Program-made: the position numbers and the translations under genes
Part shown: piece after piece, positions 8,115 through 16,508 of the stretch
Position numbering within the stretch: the first letter of the stretch is position 1
Layout of the letters: each line of letters opens with the position of its first letter
NCBI GenBank assembly: GCA_051532035.1
Contig: JAOPTW010000014.1
Span: 1-64,000, forward strand
Direction of reading: 5' to 3'
Source of the DNA: Fibrobacterales bacterium
Lineage (GTDB): Bacteria; Fibrobacterota; Fibrobacteria; Fibrobacterales; JAOPTW01
DNA length: 64,000 nucleotides
The notes under the pieces: model-generated
What the model was told of the DNA's origin: nothing
Seen by the model: the letters and a program-made list of their open reading frames with translations, nothing else
Databases searched by the model: none

Positions 8115-10166
8115 ATGCATAAAGTATTAAACCTATCATTTATCTTGTTACTCTTCTTGTTTATAGGATGCCTTGACTCTGAGACTGCTGATAACAAGAC
8201 AGAGGAGACCTCTAACCTAGAAAATGATTTTAAATACCTTATAGATAAAAATTCTCGCGAATCAACAAGGGCAGCCTGTAATGATGGAATCGATAATGAC
8301 AATGATGGTAAAGTTGATTGTGATGATATAGACTGCATTGGAAAGTCAGGGTGTTCAGTCGAACTCAGCTGTACCGACGGCATCGACAATGATGACAACG
8401 GCAATACAGACTGTAGCGACCAATTTTGTGAATCCCAACCAGAGTGTCAAGATGTCGGTGAATACACCAAAGACAAATGTAGGGACGAAGTTGACAATGA
8501 TGAAAATGGTAAAACTGACTGTGAAGATCAAGGATGCTTTGAGTATGTATTCTGTCAAGAACCAACAGAAGATAAAGATGCTCAATGCAAAGATGGAAAA
8601 GATAACGATGAAGATGGATACGTTGACTGTGATGATGAAAAGTGTGCAGCTTTTCCTAACTGTGAAGACGATATAGAAAACACCTACACTCTCTGTACTG
8701 ACCATTCAGATAATGACGGGGATGGTGAGAAAGACTGCGCAGACAGTGATTGTAGTGCATTTACAATCTGTAACGTTACAGAGAATGAACCAGAAACGTG
8801 CCTTGACGGTGTTGATAATGATGGAGATTCCATGATTGACTGTGAAGACAGTGAATGTGTACATTTTGATTACTGTAGTGAAGCAGACCCAGAAACATGT
8901 CAGGATGGAGACGATAATGATGGTGATGAAGCAACTGACTGTGAAGATGATGGCTGTAAATTCCATGATTTCTGTGCAGAGAATACTGTAAAATTCTGCC
9001 TAGATGGTAAAGATAATGATGTTGATGGTTTGTTTGATTGTGACGATGATGAATGTATCAGATTTGATGAGTGCTCAGAATCAAAATTTGATATCTGTGC
9101 TGACGGCATTGATAATGACAGTGATGGACTCTTTGACTGTGATGATGATGAGTGTCGCCTCTTTGATTTTTGTGCAGAGAGTAGATTAAAACTTTGCGTA
9201 GATGGTATTGACAATGACAAAGATGGCTATGCTGACTGTGCAGATTCTGACTGCCGTATATTTGATATTTGTGCTGAAAATAGCTTAAAATCCTGTACTG
9301 ATGACATTGACAATGATTTAGACGGTCAGTTAGACTGTGATGATCTAGATTGCTGGCCAATACCTGGCACGAATTGTGGCGAACTTAACAAGAAAATGTG
9401 CGAGGATGGTAAAGACAACGATAACGATGGTGACACTGATTGTGACGATGATGATTGTGCGTTAGTCGATGATGCTTGTTTACCTACTTATCCTAGCTCT
9501 GGAGACAATGATGCCCCAGGAGTAACGGCAACCTGCGATGGTGAAACACTCGTCCTAAACCGCTTTGAAAAATTTACCATGACTGTATATGATCACCGTC
9601 AAAACACCGACTTTGGTGCTAAAATAGGTGCAGATATGCTCAGACAAGGAATGGTCAAAGATGAACTCAGCGCTGCTGGTCGACCTGTATTTAATAAAAA
9701 CATGCACACCAACAAAAACATTGGTAAGTGGTGGTCAAAAAGTATGGCTATATCTGTTAGCGAGATTGACCTTGCATTTGCTAAAATGGGTACAGCAACC
9801 TACACCTTTAGTGATGCTGACTTCTTCCCTCTTGATGATAAAGGTGCAGAAGAGGGCGATGCAGATCTTAACTACTACTTTGCTGGTCACCTCCAGTGGG
9901 AATTCAAATATGATGGACAGCATGGCCAATTATTTAGTACATCAGGAAGTGACGATATTTTTGTATTTATCAATGGAAACCTTATACTGGATATTGGCGG
10001 GGTTCATAATCCTATAGAGGAAGACTTTACTCTTGATGAAGAACTTGAAAAAATCGGTATTGCTGTAGGAGAAAAGGTTACCCTAGACTTTTTTATTGCA
10101 GAGCGTCAAAAGACGGGATCTCAATTGATTATTAAAATCACTATGCCTTGTATTGTTAAGAATTAA
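8115..10166 (+). CDS. Paralogous lipoprotein with 12 Cys/Asp-rich repeats and a C-terminal fibro-slime domain
   Basis: LFIGC lipobox; 12 repeats counted; C-terminal about 210 aa closely similar to the upstream paralog, both ending ITMPCIVKN. Confidence 0.85.
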   Translation: MHKVLNLSFILLLFLFIGCLDSETADNKTEETSNLENDFKYLIDKNSRESTRAACNDGIDNDNDGKVDCDDIDCIGKSGCSVELSCTDGIDNDDNGNTDCSDQFCESQPECQDVGEYTKDKCRDEVDNDENGKTDCEDQGCFEYVFCQEPTEDKDAQCKDGKDNDEDGYVDCDDEKCAAFPNCEDDIENTYTLCTDHSDNDGDGEKDCADSDCSAFTICNVTENEPETCLDGVDNDGDSMIDCEDSECVHFDYCSEADPETCQDGDDNDGDEATDCEDDGCKFHDFCAENTVKFCLDGKDNDVDGLFDCDDDECIRFDECSESKFDICADGIDNDSDGLFDCDDDECRLFDFCAESRLKLCVDGIDNDKDGYADCADSDCRIFDICAENSLKSCTDDIDNDLDGQLDCDDLDCWPIPGTNCGELNKKMCEDGKDNDNDGDTDCDDDDCALVDDACLPTYPSSGDNDAPGVTATCDGETLVLNRFEKFTMTVYDHRQNTDFGAKIGADMLRQGMVKDELSAAGRPVFNKNMHTNKNIGKWWSKSMAISVSEIDLAFAKMGTATYTFSDADFFPLDDKGAEEGDADLNYYFAGHLQWEFKYDGQHGQLFSTSGSDDIFVFINGNLILDIGGVHNPIEEDFTLDEELEKIGIAVGEKVTLDFFIAERQKTGSQLIIKITMPCIVKN

Positions 10167-10178
10167 TCCCCTTATTAA

Positions 10179-10526
10179 CTAACCCCAAAAGCAGTGGTGA
10201 CTGTCATCTACCACTGCATTAAAAAATGCATCAGCCGTTGGTACTTCAGATAAGGGCTCATATGTGTGCCATCTGTCATCACTCATTTTCCAGAATATTT
10301 TCCACTGTTTAGTAGTCTGAATGTAAGTCCCTTTAGCAACAGGGAGATCTGTTTTAAGCGTAGGTGTTTTAAAGAAGGGGCGAATTTCGTACACCACTAA
10401 AGAGCGCCCCTCAGTTCGTACTTCAATATCCAAATCTTTCCGTACCTCTGGTGGAGGTCGAATTGTTGCCAAAAACAGAATTTTTGCATCTTCAATATCC
10501 TGCAACTGGTCAAGAGAAAATTCCAT
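10179..10526 (-). CDS. DUF3024 family protein
   Basis: RPPPEVR..LD, YEIRP, PVAK.TY, WKIFW, WHTYEP and D.HHCFWG terminal motif. Confidence 0.85.
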   Translation of the reverse strand: MEFSLDQLQDIEDAKILFLATIRPPPEVRKDLDIEVRTEGRSLVVYEIRPFFKTPTLKTDLPVAKGTYIQTTKQWKIFWKMSDDRWHTYEPLSEVPTADAFFNAVVDDSHHCFWG

Positions 10527-10649
10527 ATTGTACCGTTAAATATCTTACTTACATATACTTATAAAATAATCACATTTTCAAACGTTCAGTAAAATCTTTG
10601 CAATATAACGTTGTGATGCTTATCTGTTCTCCACAAAACAGTAGGAAGC

Positions 10650-10679
10650 AAAAAAGAGCACCATTCCCCGGTGCTCTTT
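10650..10679 (-). terminator. Intrinsic terminator of the GH16 gene
   Basis: AAAGAGCACC/GGTGCTCTTT 10-bp stem; the A-run on the left gives a U-tract on the minus strand. Confidence 0.75.
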
Positions 10680-10741
10680 ATAAAAATATGAGCAGTCACA
10701 ATACCAATACTCTACTCATACACTTCTCTGATAGTATGCTG

Positions 10742-11947
10742 CTACTTTGGAAAACATTCGTCAGCTTCGTACCCCTGCTGCCCCCATGTAAGAGCGAGCA
10801 CCATATAGCCATCTATGAATTTAACATTGTTCCCATTAAAGGTTGATCTATTTTCTGCAAAAGACCATGAAGCTGTTTTCCAACGTCCTCCATCAAATCC
10901 ATTAAGATCATCGGTCCATTCATGAGAAAAATCTGACCCATCATCCCCCGAACCCGGAGTCCATTTTGAATATTTTATCCAATCATAGATCGCTGCAGCA
11001 GGAAGTGCATCTGTTTTAAAATGTCCTGCCCACTCATGGAGTTGCTCAGTATTAGCAACTGGCCAGTGATTAAAATGGAGCGACATCTCTGTATTGTTAA
11101 AATGATGCATTTGGGACCCATCATCCTTGGTATCGCGACGGACTTCTTCACCGTCCACAAACCATGCAATATAATCTGAAGTCCACTCAATTGCATAGAC
11201 ATGAAAATCTTCTACCGGAGCAGGGTACACCTCATGATGTTCTTCTGCATGATCAAGCGGAGAGTAACCAGTAAGAAGGTTAGACTGAAATGCACCAGGC
11301 TGACTTCCCAAAAATTCAACATCAACTTCGTGCCAAAACTCTTCGGCCCTCTCTGAACCCTGTTTATAGAGAAACATCGATGATACGGTACCGGGAATAC
11401 CTGGGGCCATCACGCGAACTTCAAACTTACCTGAATTAAATCGTTGATGACTAAACAGTTCTCCGCCCCATATATTATAATCACCCATATTAGGATCATC
11501 ATAGACATCCTCGTAGGGTGTAAGGCCTTTCATTTGACAAATATCAATTACTCTTTCAGAACTGCTCGGCTCCTCTGATGAAGAACTTTCAACAACCTCT
11601 CCTGAACTCACTTTTGCAGATGAACTCTCTACCGCTTTAGAGGATGATACTATAACCTCTGTAACTTTGGATGATGAAGAGGGGGCGACATCAAGAGAAT
11701 AAGGAGGACTTACCAATATTGATGAGCTCTGTTCTATTGAACTTTCAACGGCAACACTCTCATGCATAACAGAGCTGACTACAAATATCTCAGATGACAA
11801 TGTATCTACTTCAGCAGTATCTGCTGGTGAATCACCCATACATCCAGTAACGCTCATCATCAAAGCAATTCCGGCGGAAAAATAGATTCTTTTTTTAAAC
11901 ATTTTACAAAATGGTACACATATGTGTTGCGCTTCAATTTCTTTCAT
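10742..11947 (-). CDS. GH16 beta-1,3-1,4-glucanase (lichenase) lipoprotein, circularly permuted Fibrobacter type
   Basis: SVTGC lipobox, Ser-rich linker, catalytic EVDVE; GTVSSMFLY, FQSN, FHVYAIEWT and SDF..EWTDD....DGGRW as in the F. succinogenes enzyme. Alternative start at 11902. Confidence 0.9.
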   Translation of the reverse strand: MKEIEAQHICVPFCKMFKKRIYFSAGIALMMSVTGCMGDSPADTAEVDTLSSEIFVVSSVMHESVAVESSIEQSSSILVSPPYSLDVAPSSSSKVTEVIVSSSKAVESSSAKVSSGEVVESSSSEEPSSSERVIDICQMKGLTPYEDVYDDPNMGDYNIWGGELFSHQRFNSGKFEVRVMAPGIPGTVSSMFLYKQGSERAEEFWHEVDVEFLGSQPGAFQSNLLTGYSPLDHAEEHHEVYPAPVEDFHVYAIEWTSDYIAWFVDGEEVRRDTKDDGSQMHHFNNTEMSLHFNHWPVANTEQLHEWAGHFKTDALPAAAIYDWIKYSKWTPGSGDDGSDFSHEWTDDLNGFDGGRWKTASWSFAENRSTFNGNNVKFIDGYMVLALTWGQQGYEADECFPK

Positions 11948-12160
11948 TATTTTCCCTTAAGTTATTACTCCCTAAAGAGCCTAAGCCTATGGAAACAATT
12001 GTTTTTACATATCTCAAAAGTTACTGGTACCCCTACCAAGTAACTTCCTTGAAACTATATTAATTAAAGCAACATAATGTTAATTTTACATTTAATCAGC
12101 AATTTCATGAAGAATCTAAGTTTAGAACTTTGATTTTTTTAGGTTCCCTTCACCTCTCTT

Positions 12161-13075
12161 TTGTACATTAGCTCTATGGAAGATACTAAACTTAAAATTA
12201 TTGAAAAAGTGACCCTTTTTACCGGGCCACAAAAAGAGGCCTTTGACCTCTCCCTTCTCCTAGCCTCACAAGAAATTCAACATTGGATAGAGAGCCTTCC
12301 CAACCGTGTCTATGCCGTTGAGGTCGAGCCTGAGCATGTGCCCAAATGTCGAGATGTTATACAACTCTATATTGCGGAGAATCACGATTTTTTTATTCTC
12401 CCCAAAGAGGTGTATCCACTCGTATACAAACCCCAAACACTCCTTCTTTTACTGATTCCCACAATCTTTTTCCTACTCGAAACTTTGGGAGGGCATCTTG
12501 ATCTTTTACACAAACTCGGAAATGCACATTCCCAAAAGATCATACATGGAGGCGAATGGTGGCGTACCTTTACGGCGCTCACTCTTCACTCTGGACCCGG
12601 GCATTACCTTAGTAATATGGTGAGTGGCTTTTTGATTTTCAACCTTATTGCCGTACGAACACGCATTGGTTTCTGGCTCTTTGGTATTCTCTGTTCCTCT
12701 GCTTTCGCAAATTACCTGGTTGCACTCTCCTGGAGTGATGTCGCACACCGTTCAATTGGCTTTTCCACTGCTGTCTTTGGCGGTCTCGGCCTTCTAGCTG
12801 TTATGGAAATGCGTCATTCAAAACGTGCCGGTGGCATCGAAGTGCGTAATTTTGCACCATTACTCGCCGCCGTCTGTTTAGTTGTCTTTATGGGTGTCGG
12901 TGAAAAAAGTGATATTCTTGCACACTTTTATGGCTTCCTCTGTGGCGCCCTCTATGGAATACTCATCCCTATAACCAAGCAAAAAGAATATTGGGGACAA
13001 CTATTTTTAGTTGTTTTAGGATATCTCCTTATTCTTTTGAGTTGGGCATTTGCTACAAACTTTTTTGTTTTCTAG
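12161..13075 (+). CDS. Rhomboid family intramembrane serine protease with soluble N-terminal domain
   Basis: GEWWRTFTALTLH, HYLSN, GFS (catalytic Ser), AHFYG (catalytic His); several TM helices. Start may be the ATG at 12176. Confidence 0.9.
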   Translation: MYISSMEDTKLKIIEKVTLFTGPQKEAFDLSLLLASQEIQHWIESLPNRVYAVEVEPEHVPKCRDVIQLYIAENHDFFILPKEVYPLVYKPQTLLLLLIPTIFFLLETLGGHLDLLHKLGNAHSQKIIHGGEWWRTFTALTLHSGPGHYLSNMVSGFLIFNLIAVRTRIGFWLFGILCSSAFANYLVALSWSDVAHRSIGFSTAVFGGLGLLAVMEMRHSKRAGGIEVRNFAPLLAAVCLVVFMGVGEKSDILAHFYGFLCGALYGILIPITKQKEYWGQLFLVVLGYLLILLSWAFATNFFVF

Positions 13076-13107
13076 GATCTATTCACCTATTAATCTAGTT
13101 TAGCTCT

Positions 13108-13827
13108 ATGAGGGTATTTGTTTTAGAGTCTAATAGGAAGCTATTACTTCACATTCGTAATGTATTAGCTTCAGCAGGATTTCATCCTGTTACTTCTGAT
13201 GACTTTGCAGAACTTGTAGAAGCTCTACAGTTTGATCACTATATCGCCCTTATTATAGATTGCACGCTATTCCCACAAGAAACTCTAGACTTTATTCATA
13301 CAATCAGAGATATTGATAATAATTTTGCCTTAAAAATTTTCATTCTTTCCCCTAAACCATCTAAAGAGTATGCACTAAAACTTGTAAAAGCCGGTGTCGA
13401 TGGTTTTATTCTTAAACCCGTTATTGAGGAACAATTTGAATTACAATTCCTTGCTCTGATGAATGAATATTCTTCAGAGAATAGACGGAGGTACATTCGA
13501 GTTACTCCAAGAAAACAGAAAAAGGCTTTAGCTAAAATCGTAAGCCCGTATACTGGCAATCTCATTGAATCGCGAATATTCAATATCTCACTTGGTGGCA
13601 TGGCAGTCCAAATAGATGCAATCTATAAAGAACCAGAGGCCTTATTTCAAATCAAAGATGTCATTCGCAATGTCAAAATGTATTTAGATACAACTCTCGT
13701 AATCAGTACCGTACAGGTCATAGCGCTATCCAATGGACGGCTCGGGGTACTTTTTTTAGACCTCGAAGAAAGCGCAAAAACTATTTTATGTAATTATTTA
13801 ATAGAGACAATCGAAATTATTGAATAG
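13108..13827 (+). CDS. Response regulator receiver + PilZ domain protein
   Basis: REC fold (IID, ILS, FILKP); PilZ RRRYIR and NISLGG motifs. Confidence 0.85.
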   Translation: MRVFVLESNRKLLLHIRNVLASAGFHPVTSDDFAELVEALQFDHYIALIIDCTLFPQETLDFIHTIRDIDNNFALKIFILSPKPSKEYALKLVKAGVDGFILKPVIEEQFELQFLALMNEYSSENRRRYIRVTPRKQKKALAKIVSPYTGNLIESRIFNISLGGMAVQIDAIYKEPEALFQIKDVIRNVKMYLDTTLVISTVQVIALSNGRLGVLFLDLEESAKTILCNYLIETIEIIE

Positions 13828-13854
13828 TACCAATACTTACAAGGCACGAAACCT

Positions 13855-15534
13855 TTATCGCAATTTTAGTATATTATCTTTGGCTACCCCCGCCCACCAA
13901 CTCGACGGATTAGCTTTGATAAAGCGTGAAAAATAGTCAATTGCTATTCTGAAATCTTTTGTCTTGGTATGGAGAAAACCTAAATTATATTCAATTGTCG
14001 CTTCACTCGGAAGCCGTTCCAATAGCTGTAAGAACAGATCCCGTGCAGCAATCCATGCATCTTCATCACAGAAAGCAATAGCTCTCTGATAGATAACATC
14101 GGGATCACACTCCTCACCTTGCTCTCGAACCTGTTGGTCCAGCATGTTAATTTTATCTATATAATCTTTGGATGACATAGGAGGCGTAACATATTTTGCC
14201 GGTATGAGTATATGTTGTTTATTGGGGCCTATCTCGTGCTCAAACCAAAAACGAACCTCTTTGGTCATCACTTTATACCCCTTATACTCTTTGGTCATCC
14301 AGACTATATACTCTTTAGTAAATTTCGCTCTAAAATCCATTGTGGACTTGATGCTTTCATTCCCTTTTACTCCCGTAAATCCGTTGAAGAGTGACTTATC
14401 CTCATCCATATCGATTCGATATTCTACAATTGCATTTATGACCGACTGCTCTTTTGAGGTGTAGGGCATAATGGGTATAATAAGGGCATTATTTTTCCAA
14501 TCATACATCCCATGACCTTTACCAGGTACAATAACAATATTCGGTTTACCAATGTATGCAACTTTATGGTTTTGATAGAGCTTTGAATCGAACTCTTCAA
14601 TGAGTTCAAACAGTTCATTCACAAATTCAAAGGTGATAATCTGATTATTACCATGAAGTACCGCGATGGACTCTGCCTTAACACGATTCGCACTCAACTT
14701 AACAAGCCCTTTCAGGTAGTTAACCTCTTCTTCTATTCTATTCTGAAGCTCACCCATAGATATTGCAGAAACATCATTGTTCAACTTTTCAAGTTGCTCT
14801 TCAGCTTTAGAAAATCCTTTACGAGTTTCAATAATTTTTTCAATTGAAAGTTCAATGTTTTTACTCAATTGTTTCACTTTATTTAAAGATTTATCATCCT
14901 CAATTTCCGATTGAATCGACTCAGCATTGACCATAAGATCGTTGAGTTCTTCCTCTTTCTTAAGATGTTCGCGGCGTTCTTCTGGTGTCATATTATGACC
15001 AGAGGCTACCTCTGCTTTACGAATATGACTCTGAAGAAAGGCGTCATCTTTTTTATTCAAAAGGTCAATTTTTACTTGGTCAGGTTTTCTGGATTTTGAA
15101 GTAACTATCGATGTTCGTTCTTTTTGAAAATTAAGAATAAGAATGTCAAGCTTCTCCCTTTTATCCTTTAGCATACTGATCTCTTCCTCAGTATCTTCTA
15201 TCTCTTTAAACTTTAAAATCTCGTTAAATTTCTTTTCGAGCCAGTCAGTAAAATAATATTGTCTACCCAAAAGAATATCAAAACCATCACAAAGCTCATT
15301 GACTGTTTCAACTACCTCATCCGATTCAATTATTGCTGGGTCCAGAAGGCCAAAGTTAATCTGCTTTTTATACTCATCAAGAGTAAGTTCAATTTTGGAG
15401 CTATCTTCCACTTCATCGCGAACTATTTCATTAAGCCATTCCCAAAAGTAACTATTGGCTTTATAAAGAGCGCCTCTTTCAACGGACTCTTCGCCCAACA
15501 ATTTCAATAGTGCTAGTTGTTCTTCATCTATCAT
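13855..15534 (-). CDS. Hypothetical protein with coiled coil and C-terminal TPRs
   Basis: Lys/Glu-rich heptads at about aa 105-280; IYQRAIAF, IEYNLGFLH and AIDYFSRFIKANP TPR pattern. Confidence 0.7.
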   Translation of the reverse strand: MIDEEQLALLKLLGEESVERGALYKANSYFWEWLNEIVRDEVEDSSKIELTLDEYKKQINFGLLDPAIIESDEVVETVNELCDGFDILLGRQYYFTDWLEKKFNEILKFKEIEDTEEEISMLKDKREKLDILILNFQKERTSIVTSKSRKPDQVKIDLLNKKDDAFLQSHIRKAEVASGHNMTPEERREHLKKEEELNDLMVNAESIQSEIEDDKSLNKVKQLSKNIELSIEKIIETRKGFSKAEEQLEKLNNDVSAISMGELQNRIEEEVNYLKGLVKLSANRVKAESIAVLHGNNQIITFEFVNELFELIEEFDSKLYQNHKVAYIGKPNIVIVPGKGHGMYDWKNNALIIPIMPYTSKEQSVINAIVEYRIDMDEDKSLFNGFTGVKGNESIKSTMDFRAKFTKEYIVWMTKEYKGYKVMTKEVRFWFEHEIGPNKQHILIPAKYVTPPMSSKDYIDKINMLDQQVREQGEECDPDVIYQRAIAFCDEDAWIAARDLFLQLLERLPSEATIEYNLGFLHTKTKDFRIAIDYFSRFIKANPSSWWAGVAKDNILKLR

Positions 15535-15629
15535 ATGCCGCTACTTAGTCAAACCCTTAGTGTACGATAAATATTATACCGTACTCACTGCACTTTTTCA
15601 AGATTTGCCTCTAATTGTTAAAAGAAAAT

Positions 15630-15659
15630 AAAAAAAAGCCTGTTATAGTATAACAGGCT
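15630..15659 (-). terminator. Intrinsic terminator
   Basis: AGCCTGTTATA-G-TATAACAGGCT inverted repeat with an A-run on the left. Confidence 0.7.
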
Positions 15660-15733
15660 CACTGAATTCAGGTAGTAAATTAGGGTATTGACCCTCAATA
15701 CATGAATATACCGAAAAAAGTTGTCTAAATGGA

Positions 15734-16309
15734 TTACTTTGGAAAATAGGTGGATACTGTCTGAGTCACCTGTTCAAGCCATTCTTTTCTCTCTTCAGGA
15801 GTACTCATTATAACCGATGCAAAGGGAACTCGTTTGAATGTAGTAACGCCACAAAGGCCAAAAATGCATTTTTCCCACAATCCTTGAAGCGGATCGCCAT
15901 AAGCAGAGACTTCTATTTCTTGAGGTGTATTTGCAGTAGTAAATACCACGGCAGCTTGAGCTTTCATAAGTCCTTCAAGCCCCCCGGCAAACTTATGAGT
16001 AAAATTAGTTCTAAATACCCGGTCAATCCATCCTTTCATTATTGCTGGAGGCATCCCCCACCAGTTTGGATGGATAATAATAACACCATCTGCATGGGCA
16101 AGTTCATTAATCTGCTCCATTACATCAGTAGGTACTGCTTCATCCGATTGAATCTCCTCAGTTGTAAGAATGGGATCAAATTTTTCATCAACGAGATTTC
16201 TTAAAGTCACGTCATGACCAAGTTCTTCAAGTGTTGCTATAGCAGTATCAGCGATTGCATGATTAAAGCTATTTGGTTTTTCAGGTGCTGTTACGATGAG
16301 TATTTTCAT
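15734..16309 (-). CDS. NAD(P)H dehydrogenase (quinone), flavodoxin-2 family
   Basis: SFNHAIA, HPNWWGMPPAIMKGWIDRV and FTTANTP motifs. Confidence 0.9.
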   Translation of the reverse strand: MKILIVTAPEKPNSFNHAIADTAIATLEELGHDVTLRNLVDEKFDPILTTEEIQSDEAVPTDVMEQINELAHADGVIIIHPNWWGMPPAIMKGWIDRVFRTNFTHKFAGGLEGLMKAQAAVVFTTANTPQEIEVSAYGDPLQGLWEKCIFGLCGVTTFKRVPFASVIMSTPEERKEWLEQVTQTVSTYFPK

Positions 16310-16449
16310 GAAACCTCTAGTGCTATTCTTTATTGTGGGAAATATATAAAATCGGTGATTATGTGGCTATAGTGAGGAATTGTTAGTTTTTAACATACAC
16401 ATTGGGTTATTTAACGATACCAGTACAATTCTTACAATAGTAGAGGTAC

Positions 16450-16483
16450 AAAAAAGGCCGCCTCATATAATTGAGGCGGCCTT
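16450..16483 (-). terminator. Intrinsic terminator of the protease operon
   Basis: 12-bp stem AAGGCCGCCTCA/TGAGGCGGCCTT, 6-nt loop, U-tract on the minus strand, 25 nt after the stop. Confidence 0.85.
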
Positions 16484-16508
16484 GAAATTTTAAGTATCGT
16501 TTGTATTT

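Noticed and set aside
6520..9480. CRISPR-like periodic DNA repeats
   Set aside because: The repeats are in-frame, degenerate at third codon positions and encode Cys/Asp protein repeats; there are no cas genes.
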